Assembly (NCBI GenBank): GCA_951406725.2
Contig: OX597835.1
Span: forward strand, 21,328,001 to 21,392,000
Length of the DNA: 64,000 nucleotides
DNA from: Octopus vulgaris
Lineage: Eukaryota
Reading direction: 5' to 3'
The notes under the pieces were generated by a model that was not told where the DNA came from, did not search any database, and saw only the letters and a list, made by a program, of their open reading frames with translations. A program made the translations under genes and the position numbers. Below, one piece after another: positions 1-13,495 of the stretch; positions within the stretch are counted from its first letter, which is position 1, and each line of letters begins with the position of its first letter.

Positions 1-107
1 AGTGATGACAGCCTGTTCTCTGTCTATCCCCTTACCTTCTTGGAGATTTTAGGTAAAATTATACTGATGTGTCCATCTGTTTTAATTTAATTAAATTCTA
101 TGTCTTT

Positions 108-196
108 ATGCAGCTGAGGAATGCTCTGCATTTAAATTGATGTAATGATTGCCTTTGTTCAATTAAATGGAGTTGCTTGAAACGATCGTACTGCAT
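108..196 (+). ncRNA. Type I hammerhead ribozyme, canonical core, long stem II (Penelope pLTR-type fragment ending in (TA)n at ~297)
   Basis: ATGCAG-CTGAGGA-[58 nt]-GAAA-C-GATC-G-TA-CTGCAT: 6-bp stem I, CUGANGA and GAAA boxes, short stem III with palindromic GATC loop, GUA cleavage triplet. Confidence 0.8.
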
Positions 197-296
197 TACT
201 TCTATATATCCTTGTTGCATATTTTGATTTAAATCACCTTATTTTGAAATTGTATGGAAAATACCGTACTAAATTCTGGTACCTCAACTTTTTTGC

Positions 297-329
<33 letters not shown>

Positions 330-769
330 GTATATATATATATATATATATATGCATACATGGGTACAGGACCTCACCAACAGTAAACAATTCGAAATCA
401 AATGTGTTCAATACGCAAAGAACGAGAGAAATAAATGGAAAACAGGACAAGTAACACAGAGAAGACGCTTCATCAGTTGTCGGCTGTCCATCTACTCCTC
501 ATTTCGAGCATTGAACGACAATGTGAGTCTTCGAAGACACTTCCTCACATAAGTACCAAAGTAAAATTTGGGTTTTATGGAGGGTCAAAGCTGGGGAAAA
601 AGCAGGACTGTATCTATGTATATATGCATATATATATTAATAAAAAGAATTCCAACCTTGTCTGATTTTCACGTTTTATTTACAATCTTATAATGATATA
701 TTATAAGATAATATATTATAATTGAATAAAATAAAATGAAATAGTAGAATGTTAAATATTCATTCTGAT

Positions 770-814
770 TGAACTAGTACTTTCATGCATTGAATTCTGC
801 AATCTTCGGGTTCA
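770..814 (-). ncRNA. Minimal hammerhead ribozyme (U4C core variant) in Penelope pLTR
   Basis: Minus strand TGAAC-CCGAAGA-TTGCAGAATTCAATGCAT-GAAA-GTAC-TA-GTTCA; 1-bp stem III with palindromic GTAC loop. Confidence 0.8.
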
Positions 815-877
815 TGTAGTAGTGTTGACAGTCATGCTTCACAATTTTTGACTGTAGCAAGATGAGTGATTCTGTGC

Positions 878-991
878 TATAAATACAGCTGGGTAGGCTC
901 CAGAGTGCTAGGTTTTGCAAACTGTATTCTGACCAATCAGTGTGTAGTATCACTCAATTACTTAAGCTGATTGGTTGGTTGAGCTGATTGG
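878..991 (-). promoter_or_regulatory. Candidate pLTR promoter: three CCAAT boxes and a TATA-like box upstream of the hammerhead
   Basis: CCAATCAG on minus strand with cores at 970-974 and 987-991, on plus at 933-940; TATTTATA on minus at 878-885. Confidence 0.4.
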
Positions 992-1308
992 TTTAGGCAT
1001 CACGCTTTGTTGGACAGGTCAAGAGTCCTGTATCTTGACCCTGGCCGAAGCAGCAATTGTTGGGTTATTTTTAGAAATGTTGTAAATATCCTTTGTCAGA
1101 GATTTTTATATTTTTATATTTCAATTGTCATCATCATCATTGTCAGCACCTTAATTATTGTTGCTAGTGGTGATGGTGGTGGCAATAGAACTTTTAACCC
1201 TAAATAAGATAATTTTCCTGCTATCTTCGTCTTGATCACCTTTAGTATTGTTGTTGTTGTTAGTGGTCATGGTCGTAGCAGTGGAAGTAATACCTCTAAG
1301 TATTATTA

Positions 1309-3636
1309 TTATTGCTTATTTAGCTTGGGTTCGAATTTATCAATAAAATTCTTTTCTCTGATTTTCCTCTCGATTTCACTTGGGCTGTGTAATTTGTAGA
1401 ATGGAAATATTATATATATTTTCCGACCACATGTTGCTAGGTGGTTACTCAAAGGTATCTGACGGACCTCTGGGTCTCTAATCTGTTGCCGGTGTACACG
1501 TGAGCGTTCTAATAGTGCGTTTCCCGTCTGACCTACATATATTTCTTCACAATTTGGGCATTTGATGCAGTAAATTAAATTTCTGCTTTTGCAGTTCATA
1601 TTCGCGTTTGTGAATATTTTCCCGGTTTTTGTGTTTATATATTGACCGGTATGTATGAATTGGCATGTGCCACATCGGCTATCATTGCATTTAGATACCG
1701 TGAATGTTTGGTCTTTGTTGCTGAGGTCAAATTTTGCCTTTGTTAGTAATGTTTTCAAGTTTTTAGGCTGTCTTTTACTAAGCACCATAGCTCGATCCTT
1801 GATTATGTCTTTTAATTCATTACTTTGGGCAATGATTGGTAGGTTTGCTTTGGCAATGTTGAAGATATTCTGGTGACATGGGTTGTGTGTCACTATGAAT
1901 GGTATGACTTGTTCTTGTTTTCCTCTTCCTTGGGTTGTCCTAAGTTGTTGTATAGGTATTTTTATAGCCCGCTGTATGCCATTTTCTATAAGTAGAGATG
2001 GGTATTTTTGTTTGAGCAAAAATTCTCTTAGTTCTATTAGGCGTTTGTTCCTGATATTTGCATCTTCTACAATAGTACAAATTCTTCTGGCTAGGCAGTA
2101 TGGGATGTTACGTTTTGTATGTGGTGGATGGCACGACTTAAAATTTAGGTATTGATGTGTGTCTGTGTGTTTATAGTATATATCTGTGGTGATGGTGGTG
2201 TCTTTTTTAATTACCATTATATCCAGGAATGGTAATTTGGTACTACTCATCTCCTTTGTAAATTTGAGAGATGGGTGTAGGTTGTTCAGGAGGATATTGA
2301 ACTCTTCCAGAGTATTTAGAGATTCTGTCCAGATTATGAAACAGTCGTCTAGGTATCTCTTCCATGCCTTTTCAATATACTTTCTAAATCCAGTGCCATA
2401 GTTTACCTCCACCTCTTGGTAGAGTTGTTCTTCTAAGTATCCCATTACAGAGTTGGCGTAAACGGGAGCAAACCTCGTTCCCATCGCCGTGCCTCTAATT
2501 TGGATGTAATTCTTTCCATTGAAGAAGAATGTGTTATTTTCTAGAATAAGTTTGACTGTGTCTAATATAAATGGCACTGTGAATCTGCTGGGAATCACTT
2601 CTCTATGTTTTTCTAACCAGTATTTAATCGCCTTTATTCCTAAATCGTGTGGAATATTGGTGTAGAGGCTTACCACATCAAAACTTAGTAAAACTGAATT
2701 TGTTTCTGTTGTTTTGGGAAGATGGGACAGGAAGTCGATGTCATCCCTGATGAAACTTGGTATGTAAGTACATAGTGGTTTCAAAACAATGTCAATAAAA
2801 TTGCTTAGACGGTGTGTAGGGCATGCTGGACCAGCTATAATAGGTCTAAGTTTTAGGTCTTTTGGATGTAATAATTTTATGTACTCACTTTCTTGTTCTT
2901 TTACTGCCTGTTGAATGTTTTTTGATTTGTGTATTTTTGGTAAGCCGTAGAAGTTGCTGGGTTTTGGTTCAAAATTGGTGATGTAGTCTTTTTCATTATC
3001 CGTAAGTGAGTTGTGGTGTGTTGAAATCAGGTTGTTGATCTTTTTCATGATGTGGTGGTCTATATTTGCGGGTATTTCACAATAGAAGGTTGTATCCTTC
3101 AGTTGGTCTTCAACCAAATCCTTATAGTATTCGGTATCCATAATAACAATTGCACCACCTTTATCTGCTTGTTTAATTATTATTGTTTGATCGTTTTGTA
3201 TACGTTTACATGCAGACATCTCTGATTTGCTAATGTTTGGCCTAACATTGGTATTGCGTCTAAGGGGAAATTTAGACAGGATATCAATGTATTGGTCAAG
3301 GTAGTTATTTCTTCCTTTTGGTGGGGTGAAATTTGATTTATTCCTTACTAGGGATTCATCAATCTCATTACTTTTGTTAGCGAAGAATTCTACAAGTCGT
3401 AATTTTCGACAGAATTTTTGGATATCCTCCTTTAATTCTTGGTGGTTGGCTGTTGGTGTAGGTGTGAATTTCAGTCCTTTTGACAGAAGTTGGATTTCAT
3501 CATTGTCAAGATCTCTTTTTGATAAATTAATTATTTTAGGATCTATACGTTCAGTTGTTTGGGGTATGTTTCCTCTTGGATTTTTTCTTTCTCCGGTGTT
3601 TGTTGTCCTGACGTAAAAAAATGGATTTTTTTCTGG
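1309..3636 (-). CDS. Penelope-type reverse transcriptase + C-terminal GIY-YIG endonuclease (frame open from 3636; first ATG at 3219)
   Basis: Motifs [71 protein letters not shown], Cys linker [29 protein letters not shown]; hand translation of 3636-3220 shows no stop. Confidence 0.95.
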   Translation of the reverse strand, partial: PEKNPFFYVRTTNTGERKNPRGNIPQTTERIDPKIINLSKRDLDNDEIQLLSKGLKFTPTPTANHQELKEDIQKFCRKLRLVEFFANKSNEIDESLVRNKSNFTPPKGRNNYLDQYIDILSKFPLRRNTNVRPNISKSEMSACKRIQNDQTIIIKQADKGGAIVIMDTEYYKDLVEDQLKDTTFYCEIPANIDHHIMKKINNLISTHHNSLTDNEKDYITNFEPKPSNFYGLPKIHKSKNIQQAVKEQESEYIKLLHPKDLKLRPIIAGPACPTHRLSNFIDIVLKPLCTYIPSFIRDDIDFLSHLPKTTETNSVLLSFDVVSLYTNIPHDLGIKAIKYWLEKHREVIPSRFTVPFILDTVKLILENNTFFFNGKNYIQIRGTAMGTRFAPVYANSVMGYLEEQLYQEVEVNYGTGFRKYIEKAWKRYLDDCFIIWTESLNTLEEFNILLNNLHPSLKFTKEMSSTKLPFLDIMVIKKDTTITTDIYYKHTDTHQYLNFKSCHPPHTKRNIPYCLARRICTIVEDANIRNKRLIELREFLLKQKYPSLLIENGIQRAIKIPIQQLRTTQGRGKQEQVIPFIVTHNPCHQNIFNIAKANLPIIAQSNELKDIIKDRAMVLSKRQPKNLKTLLTKAKFDLSNKDQTFTVSKCNDSRCGTCQFIHTGQYINTKTGKIFTNANMNCKSRNLIYCIKCPNCEEIYVGQTGNALLERSRVHRQQIRDPEVRQIPLSNHLATCGRKIYIIFPFYKLHSPSEIERKIREKNFIDKFEPKLNKQ

Positions 3637-4217
3637 TTATGATTTATATTCCTGTTGATGTTTGCTTGATGAATTTTGCGTTTTGGTTGTGGTACTTTAC
3701 TTGGTTTCGTTATGTTTTCTGTCTTGTTTTTGGTATTATGTATGCTACTTTTCAATTTCTTGTTAGCATTGTTTTTAACCACCTGGAGAAATGATCTGGG
3801 TTTACTTCTAGATCTAGATCGGTTTTTTGTCCAGTTTCTTGTGGGTAATCTCTGTTGAGGTCTTGAAAATGATCTCCTGTTATTTCTACTGCTAATGGTC
3901 TGTTCAAAACAATATCTATTTTGTTTGTGCTTTTTGTTCATGTTGTGTGCATTAGGGTGTTTGCATACAAAATGGGAAGAGTTCTTACCGTAGTTCGTCT
4001 TCGATTCGTGGTGAAACGGTTGTTCATGTTGCCACGTGTTCTGGTGTATGTTGCGTTGGTGAGGTTGTCCACTTTTAATGCTATTTCTCGGAGTTCTGGT
4101 GTCTTTACCGTAATTTGTAGCATATTTGTCGAGAAATAATTGTTTCCGCTGCCAAAACTTTCTTGATCTGCTTTCTTCTTTTGAGATATCTCTGATCCAT
4201 AGTTCTCGCATTTTTTC

Positions 4218-4220
<3 letters not shown>
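3543..4220 (-). CDS. Upstream basic (Arg/Lys/Asn-rich) ORF of the Penelope element, truncated by (TA)n and overlapping the RT frame
   Basis: Non-repetitive part of ORF 3543..4445 ([26 protein letters not shown]...[11 protein letters not shown]); stop at 3543-3545. Confidence 0.65.
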
Positions 4221-4288
<68 letters not shown>

Positions 4289-4311
4289 GCATATATATAT
4301 ATATATATATG

Positions 4312-4382
<71 letters not shown>

Positions 4383-4401
4383 GTGTATGCATGTATGTAT
4401 A

Positions 4402-4716
4402 GGCGTAGGTGTGACTGTGTGGTAAGAAGATTGCTTCCCAACCACATGGTGCCGGGTTCAGTCCCACTGCGTAGTACCTTGGGGGAACTGTCTTCTACTC
4501 GGGACGACCAAAGCCTCCTGAGCGGATTTGGTAGGCGGAAACAGAAAGATGCTCGCCGTATATGTATGTTGGTATGTTTACGTCCCTGTAACTTAGCGGT
4601 TTGGCATAAGATATTTATAAGTTTACAAACAATAAGTATTGGACTCAATTGTTTTCGAAAACCCTTTAAGGCGGTGCTCCAGCATGGCCGCTGTCACGTG
4701 ACAGAAACAAGAGAGT
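4402..4716 (+). mobile_element. SINE family A (tRNA-like head, TTGGGCAAGT core-like motif, internal microsatellite), diverged copy
   Basis: A/B-box-like TGACTGTGTGG and GGTTCAGTCCC; tail AAGGCGGTGCTCCAGCATGGCCGC shared with other copies. Confidence 0.85.
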
Positions 4717-4768
4717 ATATGAATATAGACAGGCAGACAGACAGATACAGCCAGACAAACCGACAGTC

Positions 4769-4851
<83 letters not shown>

Positions 4852-4946
4852 CAGATAGACACAGACAGACAGACAGATAGATAGACAGACAGACAGATAT
4901 ATAGACAGATAGACAGATATATAGATAGATAGATAGATAGATAGAC

Positions 4947-5019
<73 letters not shown>

Positions 5020-5020
5020 T
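4769..5020. repeat. (GATA)n/(GACA)n microsatellite (others at 25472-25700, 46562-46830, 48158-48245, 52875-52955, 58557-58652)
   Basis: Direct inspection. Confidence 0.97.
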
Positions 5021-5376
5021 AAACAGAAGGATAAGTAGATAGATAGATTGATACGTACATGTACTACGTGCTTGCATGCGAATCAGCGTATGACCCTGTG
5101 AAGTTATGTTGTGTGTGTGTGTGTTTGTATGTTTGGAAGTATGTGATCCACCTCTAAAATGCCCTTCTGGAACAATGGAGCTGAAGGAGAAATAATACTG
5201 TTATGATTAGATGCCAGAAAATGAAGCATTATTTCATTCGACATACGAAATAAATTGTATTTCATGTAAGTAAAATTCTAAAAAAAATGTATGAAAATTT
5301 CTAAATAATACGAGAGCAACACCTGTAGAAGGAGAAAAAAAGAACGGATAATAATATTTATTTTCACAGTATTTGT

Positions 5377-5413
<37 letters not shown>

Positions 5414-5620
5414 GATGTGCGTGTGTATGTGTGTTTGTATTGTGTGTGTGCGTTATTTATCTATTTATTTTACGTACTTATGTCTGAAACTTTTGTATCT
5501 CTTTATTTGTATATTTATATGCTTCTCTGTGTGTGTGTGTGTGCGTGTATGAACACACACATATATTTATATAAATATGCATATATATATACGTATATAT
5601 ATATGTGTGTGTGTGTATGC

Positions 5621-5651
<31 letters not shown>

Positions 5652-5921
5652 TGTATGTATGTATGTATGCATGTATGTATATATGTACGCATGTCTGTAT
5701 TTGTATTTGCATACACGTACACATATATAGACATGGTACGTGGGGATAGAGATGGTGAGATAATAGAGACGGCTTTCTATAGTAAAATAGGTGCGAGCTA
5801 CTAATATCAAAGATTACAAAGGTAGATAATGAAGTAGAGAACGATGTATGCATGCGTACATACACACATATATTATTGATGATATCTATCTATCCATCTA
5901 TATATACACGCACACACACAT

Positions 5922-5958
<37 letters not shown>

Positions 5959-6011
5959 ATATAATATAATATAATATAATATAATATAATATAATATAAT
6001 ATAATATAAAA

Positions 6012-6054
<43 letters not shown>

Positions 6055-6058
<4 letters not shown>

Positions 6059-6255
6059 AAGATAATCATATTAGCACTAATATAAGTAATATGCCTGGCT
6101 ACCACACACCGGTCGAAGGTCCTGTAACCTCATTTATACATAGAACTAATGATGGGACACGAACTAAAGCGTGTAACTGTCGCAACCCGAATAAATGCCC
6201 GCTTGCTTGATTTTGTTTCCGCAGTAATGTGGTGTATAAGTGCCTTGTATGTTTC
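6055..6255 (+). pseudogene. Fragment of a second Penelope-like lineage (CNCR...CPL linker before GIY-YIG)
   Basis: Translation KACNCRNPNKCPLA*FCFRSNVVYKCLV next to (TA)n. Confidence 0.6.
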
Positions 6256-6271
6256 TCTTTCATAAATATAT

Positions 6272-6690
6272 ATCTGATCAAATTCACCTTATGGTTGCGG
6301 AAATGTTTCCGGAGGAAAATGCAATCTTTCACGATGATAATGCACCAATTCACACAGCTAAAGTTGTTACTGAATGGCACGAGGAACATTCTAGTAAAGT
6401 TGAACATCTTATCTGGCTACCACAGTCCCTAGATTTCAATATTATTGAACATGTATGGTGCATTTTAGAAAAACAAGAAAAGAGTCGCTATCCTCTACCA
6501 TAATCACTACAAAACTGGAGACTGTTTTAGCTGAAGAATGGACAAAAATTCCTTTGGAAACAATTCAAACTTTTTACGAGTTCATACCTCGTAGAATTCA
6601 AGCTGTAATTACTGCCAAATGCGGTCATACTTCATATTAAAATATATTCGTTTGAAATCTTAAGGTGTTTCCATAATTTTGTCCAACCCT

Positions 6691-6694
<4 letters not shown>
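6272..6694 (+). mobile_element. Tc1-family (DD34E) transposon 3' remnant with right TIR
   Basis: HDDNAPIH...WLPQSLDFNIIEHVW, then frameshifted EEWTKIP...IPRRIQAVITAKCGHTSY*; TIR-like AGGTGTTTCCATAATTTTGTCCAACCCTTG followed by TA. Confidence 0.88.
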
Positions 6695-6744
<50 letters not shown>

Positions 6745-7259
6745 AATACACTCACAGAAATTATATATATACACACATCCATTCACATATTCATACATAC
6801 ATACACACATACATGCATACATACATACATTCACACGTGCATGCATTTCTGTTGCAACAACAACAGCAGTTACAACAACTGCTTATTTGAACATGGCTGG
6901 ATTTATTCAACAAGAAATTGATATCGCCATTTTCCACGGTGTAGTTTGATAACCTATGACTGTATTAAATTTATCATCTCAATGAAAATATATGTACCAA
7001 ATAACTTTCACCTCGACAAAGATATATAAATCTACAATATAAAAAAATATATATATACATATACAATAACAGATTCGATACAAAAAGAAAATAAATAAAA
7101 TATAAAATAAATTAAAATAAAATGAACAAAAACAAACTTTCTCCAAATCATTTTATTTCTTTTTTTTTTCCTCTTTAGATATTGGGATTTTATTTCTTCG
7201 TCAAATATCATAATTTCTTTGCTTTTTTTTCTGTTATATTATTTACCATTTTTGTTAAC

Positions 7260-7290
7260 ACTATTATTATTATTACTATTATTATTATTA

Positions 7291-7342
<52 letters not shown>

Positions 7343-7739
7343 GTTGTTCTTGTTGTTGTTGTTATTGTTGTTGTCGTTGTTGTTGTTGTTGCTGGAGGTG
7401 GTGGTGGCGGTAGCTGCGGTGGAGGTGGTGGTGGTGGTAATTTTAATATGTTTGTTTTTCTTTAAAATGTCGTGTGTATTTTAGAAAGCAATTCATCACG
7501 TCTTTTAAAAATTCCTTAGACAATTTTCGCTGGAATATAATGCAAATTAAAACTATCTCAACACGTGCCTTCTACAAATTTACTAATGTATATCTGCTGC
7601 TGCCGGTATCTCGTACGTGTACTCTCTCTTTCTGCTCTTTATCGTGGCTCTCATTGTCCTCAATGTTGCTGCTATCGTCATTAAACATCATCATCGTTAA
7701 CATCATCATCATCTTCATCATCATCATCATCATCATTTT

Positions 7740-7772
<33 letters not shown>

Positions 7773-8062
7773 AACATCATCATCATAATCATCATCATAA
7801 CCATCATCATCATCATGATCTTCATCATCATCATCATCTTAATCATCATCATCATCATCATCATCATCATAACCATCATCATCATCATCATCATCATCAT
7901 AACCATCATCATCATCATCATCATAACCATCATCATCATCATCATCATAACCATCATCATCATCATCATCATCATCGTTGTCATCGTCGTCATTATCATC
8001 ATCATCATCATCATCATCATCAATCATCAGCATCAATCATCAGCATCATCATCATCATTATC

Positions 8063-8099
<37 letters not shown>

Positions 8100-8610
8100 G
8101 TCGTCGTCATCATCGACACCTTCACCATCATCATAACTAACTTAAACATCGTCGTCGTCGCCATTATCGTTATAATCATAAATATTTCCATCATCATCAT
8201 CATCGTCAGCAGCAGCATCCCCATCACCATTCAACTTATTCTCCTCCCCCTCATCATCATCGTCTTCATTGTTATCATCATCATCATCATCATCATCATC
8301 ATTACCTTCCTCATCATCATGATCATCGTCATTATCATCATCATAATCACAATTATGATAATCCTCCTCATCATCACCACCACCACCACTACCATCATTA
8401 TCATCATCATCAATTACAATATCAGCAGCAGTTACCTTTTATTCACTTGCAACAAAATCATCGTTATCACTATCTACAGGTGCAGCAACAGCAGCAGCAG
8501 TAGCAGCGCCAGCAGCAGCGCCAGCAGCAGCACCAGCAGCAGCGCCAGCAGCAGCGCCAGCAGCAGCGCCAGCAGCAGCGCCAGCAGCAGCGCCAGCAGC
8601 AGCAGCAGAG
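7260..8610. repeat. Compound (ATT)n/(ATC)n microsatellite field ending in a 12-bp GCCAGCAGCAGC minisatellite
   Basis: Direct inspection. Confidence 0.95.
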
Positions 8611-8755
8611 ATGCTACAAAACTTAAGCCGCCATTATTATTTCGTTTACTCTTCGTTGTTACTTTCGTAAATTTTTAGCATTAAAAATATATTCTTGCAT
8701 ATTCTTGTTCTTACAGCAGATGTTGAAGTTGCTGTTGCGATGCAGATGCTAATGG

Positions 8756-8786
<31 letters not shown>

Positions 8787-9024
8787 GGTGGTTCTGGTGC
8801 TGGTGGCGGCGGTGATGGTGGTGCGAGAGTTGGTGCTGTTTATGGTGGTGGTGGTGGCGACGGTAATGGGGGATCTCCTTTCTTTATATTCTTGTTTTCT
8901 ACTCCACAGAACAATGATTAGGTGTAATAATACATCATTTTCAAATATGTAAGTGTAGAAACTGACTCTCTCTCGGGGCGCATATGTGTGTGTATGCATA
9001 CATATGTATGTGTATGTATGAAGA

Positions 9025-9086
<62 letters not shown>

Positions 9087-9087
9087 C

Positions 9088-9137
<50 letters not shown>

Positions 9138-9160
9138 TATATATACATATATATATATAC

Positions 9161-9198
<38 letters not shown>

Positions 9199-9375
9199 AC
9201 ATATATATATATGTATATACATATATATATATATATATATATAAAAATACACACATACATGCATATGTATCTATATACACCTATATATACACACATACAT
9301 ACGTACGTACCTATACATATAGAGATATAGATATGTAGCTAGATATATATATGTATGTATATTCATATATATAGA

Positions 9376-9418
<43 letters not shown>

Positions 9419-9470
9419 TCATAAATAAATCTATAAACATGTATAACGACCTACATCCATATGTATATGC

Positions 9471-9535
<65 letters not shown>

Positions 9536-9809
9536 TTTATCTAAATATATTGTTAACGTTTTGTCGCCAGTGAAGCCAAGCGTTCACTTGTTTGACCAAT
9601 AGGATTTCTCGTAAATTTAAAATGGCTGAGTAGTCTACAGACACGTACAAATATATAAGTATTACATCAAATACAGGAACACAGACACACACACAGAAAT
9701 TCCTACACACACACACACACACACACACATATGTAAACGATATGAATATAAATAGGCACATATGACATACACCTTTACGAACGTCATTTTTTTTACTTAC
9801 AAGCACATA

Positions 9810-9824
9810 TGTGTGTGTGTGTGC

Positions 9825-9872
<48 letters not shown>

Positions 9873-9888
9873 CTGTGTGTGTGTGTGC

Positions 9889-9931
<43 letters not shown>

Positions 9932-10009
9932 CGTGTGTGTGTATGTGTGTGTGTGTGTGCGTGCGTGTGTGTGTGCGTGCATGTGTGTGTGTGTGCGTGC
10001 GTGTCTGTG

Positions 10010-10079
<70 letters not shown>

Positions 10080-10139
10080 TGTGTGCGTGCGTGTGTGTGT
10101 GCGTGCGTGTGTGTGTGTGTGCGTGCGTGTGTGTGTGTG

Positions 10140-10177
<38 letters not shown>

Positions 10178-10226
10178 TGTGTGTGTTGTGTGTGTGCGTG
10201 TGTGCGTGCGTGTGTGTGTGTGTGTG
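9810..10226. repeat. (GT)n/(GCGT) microsatellite
   Basis: Direct inspection. Confidence 0.97.
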
Positions 10227-10655
10227 TTCTTCTTTCTATTCCTTCCCCCCTCTTCTTTTTCTCTCCTCTACCTTTTACTCCCTCCTTTCCTAACTCATTA
10301 CTGTTCTGCCCCCTTTTCTCGTTATCTTTTTCCCATTCACCTTTATACTTATTGCCTCTCTCCGCTCCCCTGACGATTCATGTATCAATCTTTCAGTGTT
10401 TTGTTTTGTTATAACCAGAACAAAATGACTCTGACGAGAGTAGCATTAATTCTCTAGGTTGATCAATTTTTCTCAAACAATCAGTGGACCGGTTGAATAA
10501 AAAAACCATTCGATAACGAACCTATAATGACAACCGGAAACAACTCTAAGTCAAATCTCTTAAAAGGACAAAATATGTAATGATCATTATGTATGAATTG
10601 TCTTGTTTATTACTCTGTAGAAAAACAGTATAACTGAAATATATCCATGGGTTTT

Positions 10656-10857
10656 AAGTAGCTTGCTTAGGAATCACATGGTTCCGGATTCAGTCCCAGT
10701 GCGTGGCACCTTGGGCAAGTGTCTTCTACTATAGCCTTAACCTCGAGCCGACCAAAGCCTTGTGAGTGGATTTGGTAGACGGAAACTGAAAGTAGCCCGT
10801 CGTATATATATGTATATATATATATATAAATCTCTGTGTGTGTGTGTGTGTGTGTGT

Positions 10858-10893
<36 letters not shown>

Positions 10894-11099
10894 TTGTGTG
10901 TCCCCCCAACATCGCTTGACAATCGATGCTGGTGTGTTTACGTCCCCGTGTGTTTACGTCGACAAAAGAAACCGATAGAATAAGTACTAGGCTTACAAAG
11001 AATAAGTCCTGGGGTCGATTTGCTCGACTAAAGGCGGAACTCCAGCATGGCCACGGTCAAATGATTGAAACAATTAAGGAAAAAAGAGTAAAGAGAGAG
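10656..11099 (+). mobile_element. SINE family A, nearly full length
   Basis: Matches 50819-51230 along head, internal (TA)/(GT) tract and tail. Confidence 0.9.
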
Positions 11100-11116
11100 T
11101 ATATACATACACACAT

Positions 11117-11162
<46 letters not shown>

Positions 11163-11708
11163 ATGTGTGTGTAATTTAACAAAGGTAGCTTCGGTCTGAT
11201 GAGTAGCCAGTAGAGTACTGCTATTTGAGTTATTATTACTTCCCACGATATGCTAACGAGGAAACATATGCAGCCTGGATTTTACCTGCTCCATTCACTG
11301 AATTTGTGTATGTATATATTGCGCCAGAGAAAAAATTTGTTTGCTTGTTATCAGTCGTAAGACACTGTTGTTTTCACCGTTAATGCTTCTGTATTTCATG
11401 TTTCTGTATTCCATTATTGTTTTTTGTTTTTTTATATCTGTCCCTTTTGCTGTCCTGGTGTTCGTATGCATTCGATCCTTCTTCCAGGAAATCTACGCTT
11501 CCAGCTTAGTTTTTCTAATGCTCGTTGCTTAGTTTTTCTTGGAGGGCTGGCCGTGATCTAGTAATCTCAAGATTAATCAGCCGAAATTACTACGATGATC
11601 CGGTTCTTGACTGAAGACTGAGGGTTTCGAATGTCCTGTCCGTGTTTATTGTATCGTCTTCTAAGAGTTATACGTTCTTGTCCATGTTGTATTTTTCTAC
11701 ATACCTTA

Positions 11709-11753
<45 letters not shown>

Positions 11754-11761
11754 CGTGTGTG

Positions 11762-11920
11762 TCAGGCTACTTTCTGTTTTTGTCAGCCAAATCAACTCAC
11801 CCCGCTTTGGTCAGCCCAAGGCTATAATAGAAGACATTTGCCCAAGGTCCCATGCAATGGGACTGAATCCGGAACCACGTTGTTGGGAAGCAAACTTCTT
11901 ACCACACATCCACCACTGCG
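11762..11920 (-). mobile_element. SINE family A head fragment (similar heads: 17011-17105 +, 21941-22085 +, 32995-33143 -, 56940-57095 -, 63205-63340 -)
   Basis: Reverse complement of the tRNA-like head and TTGGGCAAGTGTCTTCT motif. Confidence 0.8.
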
Positions 11921-12467
11921 ACTATCTACGATTTCTGGAAGTATTTTGGTACCATGAGTTTCTGGAATTATCAGGCAATTGAAGATTTCTGGTATTATTT
12001 CGCTGTATAAGACCTCTGGAGGTGAGTACTGTTTACGTTTACCAGGAATGAAATTACAAAGTTTCTGAATTATCTAAATATATAAAACTTCTGCGCCTGT
12101 CTTGAGTCATGTTTTTCAAGTGCTTGGGCATCTCTCTGAACTTATTCTATGTATTTCGGTATTCAGGGATTCCTGAGGTTTTCAATTTTTAAGCAATAAG
12201 TTGCAGGTGTGTAAATCTTTAAGCATACACTCATTACGCACAAACAACCACATATACACACACACTCGCACTCACAAAAAAATATACACACATACACGCG
12301 CATACGCTCTCACAAATGCACACAAACTCACACACATACATACGCACATATATGAGTATATACTCGTGTGTCTATGTACATAAATATGTGCACGCATATA
12401 CAATTATCCTTAGATGTTTGTGGGTGTGTTTAATATTTTTCTAAATGTGCGTGAGTGCGTAAATATA

Positions 12468-12519
<52 letters not shown>

Positions 12520-12652
12520 CATACATATACACACACATATATCTATCTAGCTATCTATCTATATAGATAGATATACGTATGCATATATATATATGTACGT
12601 ATATATATATGTACGGTGCAGATATGTGTATATATATAGGGAGAGATATCGC

Positions 12653-12686
<34 letters not shown>

Positions 12687-13495
12687 CTAATATATATTCA
12701 CATATAGTTATATATGTATGTATATACGCACACATACATACACACATACATACGCACAAATACATACATGCATACAATACATATGTGCGTAGTATATTTT
12801 TCAGTTTCGATTTTTCAGATTCTTCTTCAGTTTTTTATAAGCCTTTGTCTTCTCGCTTTCTTTCATTTCTTGTTTCTTTTCTCTTCTTCTTCCTTTTCTT
12901 TTCATCTATTTTCTTATACTTTCTCTCTTAGCATTTTTTTTCTTATATTCTTAGTTTTTTTTTCTCTTCTATTTTGCTTTGTTTTGGGGACTTTTGAGAT
13001 TTTTATTGTTGTTTTTTTTTTTTCTTTTACTTTTATCGCATCGCTGAATTGATAAAAGTTTTAAAGAGAAATGTGATAAAACTTAATTTCGAAAATTCTA
13101 TTTCTATAAATATGTTAACAAACATGATTATATACTTCAGACATCGCCTGCTGTTTTATTTTCTACTCTTAACAAAATACAAACCTAACATTCCGTTAAA
13201 CTTGTTCAAAAATATATTTCAGAAGCAGAACACAAAAAAACAGAAACGGAAACAAAAATACAAAGACCAGCCCAGACTGAATATAAACCGTGGCGTAGAT
13301 GCGCTGTGAAAGCAAGCGCATGGCCGTGTGGTTACAATGTTCGATCGGCAACCATGTTGGACAGAAATCGTCTTGATCATCCCGCGGTTTGCATCTTCTA
13401 CGGCAACCAGAAAACATACTTTGAAAAAAATTTGGTGCACAGAACTGTACGGAAACATGCCACTGCTGTACAGGTAGCCTACGTATTAGGATGTT

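Larger units (their letters stand above)
637..4220 (-). mobile_element. Penelope-like retroelement (Neptune-like), 5'-truncated, inserted between (TA)n tracts
   Basis: RT+GIY-YIG ORF, upstream basic ORF, 3' pseudo-LTR with hammerhead and AATAAA; abuts (TA)n at ~620-637 and 4221-4360. Confidence 0.92.

Noticed and set aside
11191-11277. CTGATGA...GAAACATATGCA as an active hammerhead
   Set aside because: U16.1 replaced by C and weak stem I; counted only as a relic
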